A stretch of DNA of 64,000 nucleotides from Defluviicoccus sp. GTDB taxonomy: Bacteria; Pseudomonadota; Alphaproteobacteria; MPNO01. The stretch is from assembly GCA_022826125.1 (NCBI GenBank), contig JAJDVM010000319.1:1181-65180 (forward strand), read 5' to 3'. Under the pieces are notes generated by a model. It worked only from the letters and a program-made list of their open reading frames with translations, ran no database searches and had not been told where the DNA came from. The position numbers were made by a program, and so were the translations under genes. Position 1 is the stretch's first letter, and every line of letters starts with the position of its first letter. Of the stretch, positions 19,085 through 27,579 are shown one piece after another.

Positions 19085-19160
19085 TGGTGACCCCAACGGG
19101 AGTCGAACCCGTGTCTTCAGCGTGAAAGGCTGATGTCCTAGGCCTCTAGACGATGGGGTC
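19085..19160 (-). tRNA. tRNA-Glu: tRNA-Glu (anticodon UUC), CCA encoded
   Basis: Reverse complement GACCCCATCGTCTAGAGGCCTAGGACATCAGCCTTTCACGCTGAAGACACGGGTTCGACTCCCGTTGGGGTCACCA. It has a 7-bp acceptor stem, anticodon loop CTTTCAC and the GGTTCGA T-loop. Confidence 0.95.
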
Positions 19161-19194
19161 GTGGCGCGATAGGTAGCGGCGGCGCCGGGGGAAA

Positions 19195-19890
19195 TCAACC
19201 GCTACGTCGCCCCTTTCCGCCATCCGGGCCGCGGTCCGGGTTGGGGCGGCCGGTCCGCATCGGGTCCTTCGGATCCTGGCCGTAACGCTTCCGCGCGATC
19301 AGCCGATTCCGGGCGACCACAAGCTTGAGCGACCACACATAACCTATCCAGGCGGCCACGATCGCGTAGGGGGGGCAACCGACCAGCATCGCCAGCCCCC
19401 AGCCGGCGACGATGACGTCGTAATAGACATCCGGGGCCGAAACGGCGCCCGGCAGGTAATCGGTCGTCCTGTCGCCCGCGGTGCCCGCGTCCCAGAGCTT
19501 GATGAACCCCTCGTACCCCGTGAGGTCGTCCCAGCGGCCGAGCAGCAACTGTCCGGTCACATAGAACATGTAATAGGACGGCAGCACGGTCGCGAAATTG
19601 GTGACCCAGGTCCACGCCATCGCGTGAATGACATTGAAGTCCCAGCGCGGCGCAAACCGGCGGACCACCAGCCAGTTGGCAAGGACGAACATCATCTGGA
19701 TGCCGACGGTGGGCGTCATCGCCCAGAACAGGCCGACCGCCACGCCCCGGGCGGTGTATTGAGGCGGATGCCGGCTGCGTTTTACGGGAACGACGAAACG
19801 ATAGCGCAGCCAGCGCCCGAAACGGACCAGCCCGTTCCGGCGTCGACCATGAGGTGCCCCGGCCGTCGACACGCTGCGCCCCTTCGTCAT
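19195..19890 (-). CDS. DUF2062 domain membrane protein
   Basis: 231 aa. PQYTARGVAVGLFWAMTPTVGIQM and multiple TM segments, as in DUF2062 proteins. Confidence 0.7.
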   Translation of the reverse strand: MTKGRSVSTAGAPHGRRRNGLVRFGRWLRYRFVVPVKRSRHPPQYTARGVAVGLFWAMTPTVGIQMMFVLANWLVVRRFAPRWDFNVIHAMAWTWVTNFATVLPSYYMFYVTGQLLLGRWDDLTGYEGFIKLWDAGTAGDRTTDYLPGAVSAPDVYYDVIVAGWGLAMLVGCPPYAIVAAWIGYVWSLKLVVARNRLIARKRYGQDPKDPMRTGRPNPDRGPDGGKGRRSG

Positions 19891-19933
19891 CCCCTTCGGC
19901 CCGTGCGCCGCGGGGCGCCTCCCGGCTTGCCCA

Positions 19934-21736
19934 TCACGGCCTCGCCGCGTCCTCGATCACCAGCTCGACCGCGTCCGAGCCCCGCCACCGATCCGCCTTG
20001 AGGTGCCCCGCGACGTGAAGCGGCGCTCCGCCGGCCGTAAGCAAAGCCTCGCCAAGCGGGGTGCCGACGGAGCGGAACGCGACTCCCTTGAGCCGGGGGC
20101 CGCCTTCAGCGCCGACGAGGAAGCAGCGGACGTGATCGGAGCCGACCACATCGGCACGCGCTATCTTCACCCTCGGGAGAGCGAAGCGCGGCCTCGGATT
20201 GCCGGAGCCGTGCGGGCCCACCGCTTCGAGCGCGTCGACGATATTTGCCGTGGCGCCCGTCGGCGTCAAGGCGCCGTCGATCGCCAGCCCTGGCGGCGGA
20301 ATCCGGTAATCGAGCTGCCTCGCCATGTGGTCGTCGAGAAACGACTTGAGCTCCCCGATCCGCTCGGTCGCGACCGTAAATCCCGCCGCCATCGCGTGTC
20401 CGCCCCCGGCGGTCAGGATGCCTGCTTGGCGGGCTGCGATCACCGCCGAACCCAGCGCCGCGCCGGGTATCGACCGCCCCGAGCCCTTGGCGGCCTCGCC
20501 ATCGATTGTCAGCACACAGGCGGGACGGTTGAAACGCTCGCGCAGCCGCGAGGCCACGATTCCGATCACGCCCGGATGCCAGCCCCGCTCCGCGACCAGG
20601 ATCACGGGTTCCTTCGTCGCGTCGGCTCCCGCGTCCTGCGCCTCCGCGAGTTCCGTCGCGCGGTCGAGCACGTCGGCCTCGATCTCCCGCCGTTCCTTGT
20701 TGTAGCGGTCGAGCCTCGCCGCGATGTCGCCGATTTCGGTCGGATCGTCGATGGAAAGCAGCCGCGCGCCGAGCCCCGATTCGCCGATCCGCCCGCCGGC
20801 GTTGACCCGGGGTCCCAGCACGAACCCGGCATGGTAGGCGCCGGGGCGTTCATCGAGCCCCGCGACGTCGGCAAGCGCGGCGATTCCCGGATTGTTGCGG
20901 CGCGCCATGACCTTCAGCCCCTGGGACACCAGCGCCCGGTTCACCCCGGTCAACGGCACCACGTCGCATATCGTCCCCAGAGCCACGAGATCGAGCCACG
21001 CCATCAGGTTCGGTTCGGCGTGCCCCTCGCCGTACCAGCATGCGTCCCTGAGCGCCCGGTTGACCGCCACCGCGAACAGGAAGGCGACGCCGACGGCGGC
21101 GAGCTGGCCGCAGTCGTTGTCCTCGTCCAGCCGGTTCGGGTTGACCACCGCCACCGCCTCCGGGAGCGCCGCCTCGGCGACATGGTGATCGAGCACAACG
21201 ACATCGAGCCCCAGCGCGGCGGCCTCGGCGAGCGGCTCGTGCGCCGTCGTCCCGCAATCGACGGTTATGACGACCGAGGCCCCATCCGCCTGAAGCGCGC
21301 GCATCCCGCCGATATTGGGTCCGTACCCCTCCGACATCCGATTGGGCACGTAAACCGCAAGCTCGTGCCCGATAGCCGCGAAGAAGCGGGCCAGGAGCGC
21401 CGCCGAAGTCGCTCCGTCCACGTCGTAATCTGCGAAGACCCCGATCCGCTCGCCATCGTTTATCGCGCGCACGATCCGCTCGCACGCGCGATCCATGTCG
21501 CGCAGCGAAGACGGGTTGGGGAGCGCCGCGCGCAGGGTGGGGTTGAGGAAGTCGTTGACCCGATCGATCCCGATACCCCGCCCGGCAAGCACGCGGGCGA
21601 CGATCTCCGGCAGTCCGTTCGCCTCGGCGATGGCGAGCGCCTGCCGGTCGTCCGTTGTCCGAGGATGCCAACGCTTTCCGGTGACCGACCGGGCGACGTC
21701 CAGATAGTCGGAGCCGGGCGCGGCCGCCGCGATCAT
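19934..21736 (-). CDS. recJ: Single-stranded-DNA-specific exonuclease RecJ
   Basis: 600 aa. DHH motifs (FADYDVDG, VVLDHHV) and DHHA1 (GGGHAMAAG). Confidence 0.95.
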   Translation of the reverse strand: MIAAAAPGSDYLDVARSVTGKRWHPRTTDDRQALAIAEANGLPEIVARVLAGRGIGIDRVNDFLNPTLRAALPNPSSLRDMDRACERIVRAINDGERIGVFADYDVDGATSAALLARFFAAIGHELAVYVPNRMSEGYGPNIGGMRALQADGASVVITVDCGTTAHEPLAEAAALGLDVVVLDHHVAEAALPEAVAVVNPNRLDEDNDCGQLAAVGVAFLFAVAVNRALRDACWYGEGHAEPNLMAWLDLVALGTICDVVPLTGVNRALVSQGLKVMARRNNPGIAALADVAGLDERPGAYHAGFVLGPRVNAGGRIGESGLGARLLSIDDPTEIGDIAARLDRYNKERREIEADVLDRATELAEAQDAGADATKEPVILVAERGWHPGVIGIVASRLRERFNRPACVLTIDGEAAKGSGRSIPGAALGSAVIAARQAGILTAGGGHAMAAGFTVATERIGELKSFLDDHMARQLDYRIPPPGLAIDGALTPTGATANIVDALEAVGPHGSGNPRPRFALPRVKIARADVVGSDHVRCFLVGAEGGPRLKGVAFRSVGTPLGEALLTAGGAPLHVAGHLKADRWRGSDAVELVIEDAARP

Positions 21737-21767
21737 CGGGTTCCCGAGCGCCGGAGTTGCATCCGGT

Positions 21768-22760
21768 CTAGTCGCCGGCGTATTCGAGGCCGGTCTTGCG
21801 CTCCAGGTTGTGGTGGGCCTCGACGAGCCGAACCGTTCCCGTTTTCGAGCGCATGACCATCGAATGGGTATAGGCGCGCCCGGCTTCCCGTCTGACGCCG
21901 CGAAGCATGGTGCCGTTGGTCACGCCGGTGGCGGCGAACATCACGTCGCCGTTTGCAAGGTCGAGAAGCCCGTATTTGCGGTCGAGATCGACGATGCCGC
22001 AATTGGCCGCCCTGCCGCGCTCCTCGTCGTTGCGGAAGATCAGCCGTCCCTGCATCTGACCGCCGATGCATCTCAACGCGGCGGCGGCGAGCACGCCTTC
22101 CGGGGCGCCACCCGAACCCAGATAGATGTCCACGCCGCTTTCCGGCTGCGACGTCGCGATGACGCCCGAAACGTCGCCGTCGGTAATCAGCATGATCCGC
22201 GCTCCGGCTTCCCGTACCTGCGCGATCAGGTCCTCGTGGCGGGGCCGATCCAGGATGCAGGCGACGAGGTCGGAAACCTCCACGCCCTTCGCCTTGGCGA
22301 GGCTCTTGAGGTTGGCAGCCGGGCTTTCGTCGAGGTCGACCAGGCCCTCGGGAAGCCCGCCGCCGACGGCGATCTTGTCCATGTAGACGTCGGGCGCGTT
22401 GAGGAAACCGTCCTCCTCCGCCATGGCGACGACCGCGAGCGCGTTGGTGAGCCCTTTCGCGGTGATGGTGGTTCCTTCCAGCGGGTCGAGCGCGATGTCG
22501 ATCTTGGGCCCGCCGCCGGCGCCCACCTTCTCGCCGATATAGAGCATCGGCGCCTCGTCGCGCTCGCCCTCGCCGATCACCACAGTGCCGTCTATGGCGA
22601 GGCTGTTGAGCGCCCCGCGCATCGCATCGACCGCGACCTGATCGGCGGCCCGCTCGTCCCCACGGCCCATCAGCCGGGATGCCGCGAGCGCCGCCGCCTC
22701 GGTCACCCTGACCGCCTCGAGCGCAAGGTTCCGGTCCATCTTCGAGGCGGGTTCGGCCAT
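21768..22760 (-). CDS. glpX: Class II fructose-1,6-bisphosphatase GlpX
   Basis: 330 aa. NLALEAVRVTEAAALAASRLMGRGDE...VVIGEGERDEAPMLYIGEKVG is the classical GlpX N-terminus. Confidence 0.95.
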   Translation of the reverse strand: MAEPASKMDRNLALEAVRVTEAAALAASRLMGRGDERAADQVAVDAMRGALNSLAIDGTVVIGEGERDEAPMLYIGEKVGAGGGPKIDIALDPLEGTTITAKGLTNALAVVAMAEEDGFLNAPDVYMDKIAVGGGLPEGLVDLDESPAANLKSLAKAKGVEVSDLVACILDRPRHEDLIAQVREAGARIMLITDGDVSGVIATSQPESGVDIYLGSGGAPEGVLAAAALRCIGGQMQGRLIFRNDEERGRAANCGIVDLDRKYGLLDLANGDVMFAATGVTNGTMLRGVRREAGRAYTHSMVMRSKTGTVRLVEAHHNLERKTGLEYAGD

Positions 22761-22780
22761 GATCCGACTCCTTTCGCCCG

Positions 22781-24076
22781 TCAGCTTACCAGCGATTCGA
22801 TCCGAATCATGCGCGGCGGCTGAAGCACGCTCCCCAGCGTTTCGATCCGCGTAAGCGCACGCGCCATCGCCGCCTCTTCGGTCTCGTGGGTGGTGATGAC
22901 GACTGGCACCGCTTCGCCCGGCGCGCGGCCGCGTTGGATCATCGATTCCATCGAAATCTGTTCGTCGCGCAGCGCGGCGGCGACGTCCGCGATCACGCCC
23001 GGCCGGTCGACCACCATCAGCCGCAGATAGTAGGGGCCGGTATGCCGCTCCATCGCCGCGGTCCCGGCCGGAGCGAGCCTGGCGGCCGGCACCGCGAAGA
23101 CCGGCAGGCGGAGGCCGCGGGCGAGATCGACCAGGTCGGCGACAACGGCCGAGGCGGTCGGACCCGCTCCCGCGCCGCGCCCCTCGAACACCGTGGTTCC
23201 CACGCTGTCCCCCTCGGCAACGATCGCGTTGAAGACGCCTTCCACACGGGCCAGCGGCGCGCTATCGGAGATCATGCAGGGGTGGACCCGCTGCTCGATG
23301 CCGTGCCCGGTGCGCCGGGCGATCCCGAGCAGCTTTATCCGGTAACCCAACTCGTCGGCGAAAACGATGTCCGCCGCCGAAACGTGGCGGATTCCCTCGA
23401 CATGCACGCCCTCGAAGTCGATCTCGGTGCCGAAGCCCAGCGCGGTCAGAATGGCGAGCTTGTGCGCCGCATCGATCCCGTCGATATCGAAGGCCGGGTC
23501 CGCCTCGGCGTAGCCGAACGACTGCGCGTCGGCGAGAACCTCGCCGAACGGCCGGCCGGTCTCGCGCATCTGGGTCAGGATGTAATTGCAGGTCCCGTTG
23601 AGAATCCCGTAGATCGCCGATATCCGGTTGGCGGCGAGCCCCTCGCGCAACGCCTTGACGATCGGAATGCCGCCGGCGACCGAGGCCTCGTAGCCCAGCG
23701 TCCGCCCCGCCGTCTCGGCGCGTCGGGCGAGGTCGGTGCCGTGCCTGGCGAGCAGCGCCTTGTTGGCGGTGACGACATCGCGCCCGGCGTCGAGCGCGGC
23801 TTCGCACGCAGCCTTCGCGATTCCGTCCTCGCCGCCTATCAGTTCGACGAATACGTCCGCTTCGGCCTCGCGCGCCATCTCGGCCGCGTCGTCGAACCAT
23901 GCGACGCCGCCCAGGTCGAGCCCCCTGTCGCGGCCCCTGTCGCGCGCCGAAACGGCAACCACCCTGATCGGCCGGCCCGCGCGGCCCGCGAGGGTCTCCG
24001 CATGGTCCTTGAGCAGGGCGAACACACCCGCGCCGACCGTGCCCAGTCCCGCGAGTGCGACTGAGAGCGGCGCCAT
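22781..24076 (-). CDS. hom: Homoserine dehydrogenase
   Basis: 431 aa from ATG 24074-24076. GLGTVGAGV NAD site, central catalytic domain, C-terminal ACT-like region. The start shares one nt with the upstream stop (TGATG). Confidence 0.93.
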   Translation of the reverse strand: MAPLSVALAGLGTVGAGVFALLKDHAETLAGRAGRPIRVVAVSARDRGRDRGLDLGGVAWFDDAAEMAREAEADVFVELIGGEDGIAKAACEAALDAGRDVVTANKALLARHGTDLARRAETAGRTLGYEASVAGGIPIVKALREGLAANRISAIYGILNGTCNYILTQMRETGRPFGEVLADAQSFGYAEADPAFDIDGIDAAHKLAILTALGFGTEIDFEGVHVEGIRHVSAADIVFADELGYRIKLLGIARRTGHGIEQRVHPCMISDSAPLARVEGVFNAIVAEGDSVGTTVFEGRGAGAGPTASAVVADLVDLARGLRLPVFAVPAARLAPAGTAAMERHTGPYYLRLMVVDRPGVIADVAAALRDEQISMESMIQRGRAPGEAVPVVITTHETEEAAMARALTRIETLGSVLQPPRMIRIESLVS

Positions 24077-25311
24077 CAGGCCTGGGCCGCCTGCTTCGGC
24101 GCGGCGACCAGCTTGTCGGTGTCCGCGAGGAAGCGGCGGACGTTGCGCGCCGCCTGGCGGATTCGGTGCCGGTTTTCGACCAGCGCGATCCGGACGTAGC
24201 CCTCGCCGTATTCTCCGAACCCCACGCCGGGCGAGACCGCGACCTTGGCCTCCTCCAGCAGGAGCTTCGAGAAGCCGAGCGAGCCGATATTGGAGAAGCG
24301 GGACGGGATCGGCGCCCAGGCGAACATGGTCGCCTGCGGGGGCGGGATATCCCATCCCGCCGAACCGAAACTTTCCACCAAAACGTCACGCCGCCGCCGA
24401 TAGAGCGCGCGGGTCTCGTCGATGCAGCCCTGCGGGCCGTTAAGCGCGGCGACGGCGGCTACCTGAACGGGGGTGAAGGCGCCGTAGTCGAGATAGGATT
24501 TCACCCGGGCCAGCGCTTCGATCAGCTTGCGGTTGCCGACGGCGAACCCGATCCGCCAGCCCGGCATAGAGTAGGTCTTGCTGAGCGAGGTGAACTCGAC
24601 GGCGATGTCGATCGCGCCGGGAACCTGCAGGATCGACGGCGGCGGGTTGTCGTCGAAATAAATCTCGGCATAGGCCAGGTCCGAGATCACGTAGATTCCG
24701 CGCGATCTGCAAAAATCGACCACCTCCTCGTAAAACCCGAGATCCACGGTGTGCGCGGTCGGGTTGGCCGGGAAGTTCAGGATCACGGCGAGCGGCGCGG
24801 GGACGCTGTAGCGCGCCGCGCGCTCGATTTCCGACAGAAAATCGATGCCCGGACCCACAGGGACATGACGCAGTGCACCGCCCGCGATGATGAATCCGTA
24901 GGCATGGATCGGATAGGACGGGTTGGGCACGATCACCACGTCGCCGGGGCTGGTGATCGCCATCGCCAGGTTGGCGAACCCTTCCTTGGAACCGAGCGTG
25001 GCGATGGCTTCGCGCTCGGGGTCGATCGTCACCCCGAAGCGGCGCTCGTAATAGCCCGCGATCGCCCGCCTGAGCCCGCGAATGCCGCGCGAGTTGGAGT
25101 AGCGATGGGTCTTCGGGTCCTGCACCGCCTCGACCAGTTTCGCCACGACATGGGGCGGCGAGGGGGCGTCCGGGTTGCCCATGCCGAAATCGATGATGTC
25201 CTCGCCCGCCGCCCGCGCCGCCGCCTTCATCGCGTTCACTTCCGCGAAGACATAGGGCGGCAGCCGCTTGATCCGGTAGAACTGCTGTTCGCTCTCGGGT
25301 GCTCCGCTCAT
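24076..25311 (-). CDS. Class I/II PLP aminotransferase (AlaC / LL-DAP-aminotransferase-like)
   Basis: 411 aa. YRIKRLPPYVFAEVN..., PLP-lysine region SLSKTYSMPGWRIGF. Confidence 0.9.
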   Translation of the reverse strand: MSGAPESEQQFYRIKRLPPYVFAEVNAMKAAARAAGEDIIDFGMGNPDAPSPPHVVAKLVEAVQDPKTHRYSNSRGIRGLRRAIAGYYERRFGVTIDPEREAIATLGSKEGFANLAMAITSPGDVVIVPNPSYPIHAYGFIIAGGALRHVPVGPGIDFLSEIERAARYSVPAPLAVILNFPANPTAHTVDLGFYEEVVDFCRSRGIYVISDLAYAEIYFDDNPPPSILQVPGAIDIAVEFTSLSKTYSMPGWRIGFAVGNRKLIEALARVKSYLDYGAFTPVQVAAVAALNGPQGCIDETRALYRRRRDVLVESFGSAGWDIPPPQATMFAWAPIPSRFSNIGSLGFSKLLLEEAKVAVSPGVGFGEYGEGYVRIALVENRHRIRQAARNVRRFLADTDKLVAAPKQAAQA

Positions 25312-25470
25312 GGGACTGCCGGTTTCCCGTTCCTTTCCCGGCCCGCCCGGTCTCGGGCCAGCCTATCTTCGGCGGCGAAACTGCATGGTTTGGCGTTCGC
25401 TGACAAGCCGGCCGGTCGCGCGTCTCCCGGCGGGCATGGCCGCGCCCGCACGGCGGCAAATTCGGAAGCC

Positions 25471-26157
25471 CTACCGGATACGCGCGACGAAGCAGTCCCT
25501 GCCGCGTTCCTTTATGACGGCGCAGGCGGCAGTGGCCGCGCGCCGCGTGGCGAACGTCCGCGAAAGAACCACGCGAACGAATCCGTCGTTCCCGGAATCG
25601 TCGATCGCGAACAGACGTTCGTCGACAACTCCGTTGAGCGCGTCGGTCAGGCTCCTTCTTGCGCGGACGGCCTTGGCCTTGCTCCGAAACGCGCCCAGCT
25701 GTGCACGATAGCCTGGTCCGCTGGCAAGTTTCTCGGCGGGGCTAGGCGGCGCGGGGGTCGGATGCGTCTTGGCGGGATCCGGCTTCGCGACTTTCGCCGG
25801 CGGTGGTGTCTCCGCCGCCTTCGGTAGTCCGGCTTCTTCAACGATTGCCTTGTCAGCCGCCTGCGGCTGGACGGGTGGCGGAGTGCGGACCTGCTTCGGC
25901 GCCGGCGGCGGATCGAGCTGTTCGCTCTGGCGTGGGATCGGTCCCGCCGTATGGCGGGCGTTCTCGCGGTCGCCGATCAGCCCCTCCGCCATCGCCGCGC
26001 GGACTTCGGCCCGGTTCGGCGCTTCGGAAGCGGGGGCCGTCGGTTTCGAGTCCGCGGGCCGGACCGATTCGCGCCCGCCGCAAGCGCCGAGCAGCATTGC
26101 CAACGCGAGAAGGCAGCCCACGATGGAGAGCTTTCCGCGCAATCTGGACTCCTGCAC
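25471..26157 (-). CDS. SPOR-domain lipoprotein
   Basis: Lipobox LLGACGG, Pro/Ala-rich linker, C-terminal SPOR repeat (GYRAQLGAFRSKAKAVRARRSL...VVLSRTFATRRAATAACAVIK). GTG start uncertain. Confidence 0.8.
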   Translation of the reverse strand: MQESRLRGKLSIVGCLLALAMLLGACGGRESVRPADSKPTAPASEAPNRAEVRAAMAEGLIGDRENARHTAGPIPRQSEQLDPPPAPKQVRTPPPVQPQAADKAIVEEAGLPKAAETPPPAKVAKPDPAKTHPTPAPPSPAEKLASGPGYRAQLGAFRSKAKAVRARRSLTDALNGVVDERLFAIDDSGNDGFVRVVLSRTFATRRAATAACAVIKERGRDCFVARIR

Positions 26158-26204
26158 GAAAATCGCTCAATCCGATTTCGCTATCTTCCCATTCCGATTT
26201 CGTC

Positions 26205-26840
26205 ATGTTAAGGCGGGTGGAAACGACGATCAAACGATACGCCAAATCGCCGTCTCTCCCGGGCTTGCGTTGGAAGGACGGAATCCCCACCGTGCGGCGA
26301 GGACAACCGGCCGGTTGGCGGTGGAGCGAGAGAGTGCGGAAAATCGACGGGGACGTGTTCCGCAAGCGTTTCGAGCGCCACCTGAGCTGGGTGCTGAGCT
26401 CCGGCAGGGGCGGTGAGCGCGGCGATTTTCGGGATCTCGACCTCGACGGCGTAAATCTCCACGGATACACGCTGCACGGGGCGGCGTTCGGCGGCGCCAG
26501 TCTGCGCCGGGCGGAGCTCAGGCGGGCCGAACTCCGCGAGGCCGATCTGGCGGGCGCCGATCTCGGTGGCGCGCTTCTGCACGATGCCGTGATGACCGGC
26601 GTCTCGTTGCGCGGCGCGCGGCTGGTCGATGCGGAACTGGTCAGAGCCGATCTCACCGGGGCCGACCTGTCCGATGCCGATCTGGCGGGCGCCGACCTTC
26701 TCGGCGCCGCGCTCGACGATGCCAATCTCGACGGCGCCGACCTGAAGTCCGCGCTTAGCCTGACCGCCAAGCAGATCGCCCGGGCCCGTCTGACCGGGCG
26801 GACCCAGCTGCCGGAGGGGTTGACGACCTTGATAACCTGA
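26205..26840 (+). CDS. Pentapeptide-repeat protein
   Basis: The C-terminal ~140 aa are A(D/N)LxG-type pentapeptides (ADLAGADLGGALLHDAVMTGVSLRGARLVDAELVRADLTGADLSDADLAGADL...). ATG 26205 was chosen; the start is uncertain. Confidence 0.75.
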   Translation: MLRRVETTIKRYAKSPSLPGLRWKDGIPTVRRGQPAGWRWSERVRKIDGDVFRKRFERHLSWVLSSGRGGERGDFRDLDLDGVNLHGYTLHGAAFGGASLRRAELRRAELREADLAGADLGGALLHDAVMTGVSLRGARLVDAELVRADLTGADLSDADLAGADLLGAALDDANLDGADLKSALSLTAKQIARARLTGRTQLPEGLTTLIT

Positions 26841-26867
26841 AGGGTCGAGCCCGCGACAGTGCCTCGA

Positions 26868-27557
26868 TCAGACGATGTCGATGGCGAGGCTGCCGATCCC
26901 GTCGATGACGCCTTCCAGCCGGTCGCCGCGTTCCACCTTGCCGGGCCCCTTGGGCGTGCCGGTGAATATCAGGTCGCCGGGCTCCAACCGGCTGAGCGCC
27001 GACAGCCGCGCGACGATCTCGGACACCGGCCAGATCAAATCGGACAGGTCGCCCCGCTGACGTTCTATTCCGTTGATGGTCAGCGTTATGGCGCCGCTCG
27101 CGGGATGGCCGATCGCCGACGCCGGCGCGAGGTCGCTCATGGGCGATGCGCCGTCGAAGCTCTTGCAGAGATCCCACGAGTGCTGGTCGGCGATGCAGGC
27201 ATGCATGACGTCGCGCCGGATCATGTCGAACCCGACGGCGTACCCGAATACGTGGTCGAGAGCGGTCTCGCGCGGGATGTCCGCGCCGCCCTTGCCGATC
27301 GCCGCCACCATCTCGACCTCGGGCTCGAGCCGGTTCGTTCCCGGCGGGAAGGGCAGGGCACTGCCGTCCGGGATCACCGAGTCTGCCGGCTTGAGGGAGA
27401 CCCCGGGCTTCGATCCCCCGGCGCCGCCGAGTCCCGTTTCGGCCGCGTGGGCCGCGTAGTTGCGCCCGATGGTGTAGATCCGTCGAACCGGAAAGCGGAG
27501 CTCGCTCCCCGCGACGTCCACCGTCGCGGGCTCCACCGCCGGTATTGCGTAGCTCAT
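26868..27557 (-). CDS. Fumarylacetoacetate hydrolase (FAH) family protein
   Basis: 229 aa from ATG 27555-27557. RIYTIGRNYAAHA, EVEMVAAIGK, GDLIFTGTPKGPG. Confidence 0.88.
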   Translation of the reverse strand: MSYAIPAVEPATVDVAGSELRFPVRRIYTIGRNYAAHAAETGLGGAGGSKPGVSLKPADSVIPDGSALPFPPGTNRLEPEVEMVAAIGKGGADIPRETALDHVFGYAVGFDMIRRDVMHACIADQHSWDLCKSFDGASPMSDLAPASAIGHPASGAITLTINGIERQRGDLSDLIWPVSEIVARLSALSRLEPGDLIFTGTPKGPGKVERGDRLEGVIDGIGSLAIDIV

Positions 27558-27579
27558 CTCGAACTCCTGCCTGGACCCG

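Noticed and set aside
19085-19160. A tRNA-Glu-linked integrative element, and likewise one at tRNA-Ser/tRNA-Thr (61351..61561).
   Set aside because: No integrase, excisionase, transposase or conjugation/phage ORF is visible, and I saw no duplicated tRNA 3' end. Only the weaker island-boundary hypothesis is kept, as a low-interest finding.
25312-25470. A possible terminator or regulatory hairpins between the SPOR gene and the aminotransferase gene.
   Set aside because: Only short (4-5 bp) GC stems without U-tracts are present, which is not distinguishable from background in GC-rich DNA.
26400-26800. Short periodic DNA repeats that might suggest a CRISPR-like or tandem repeat array.
   Set aside because: The period is 15 nt with no spacer structure, it lies entirely inside an ORF, and it simply encodes pentapeptide repeats.
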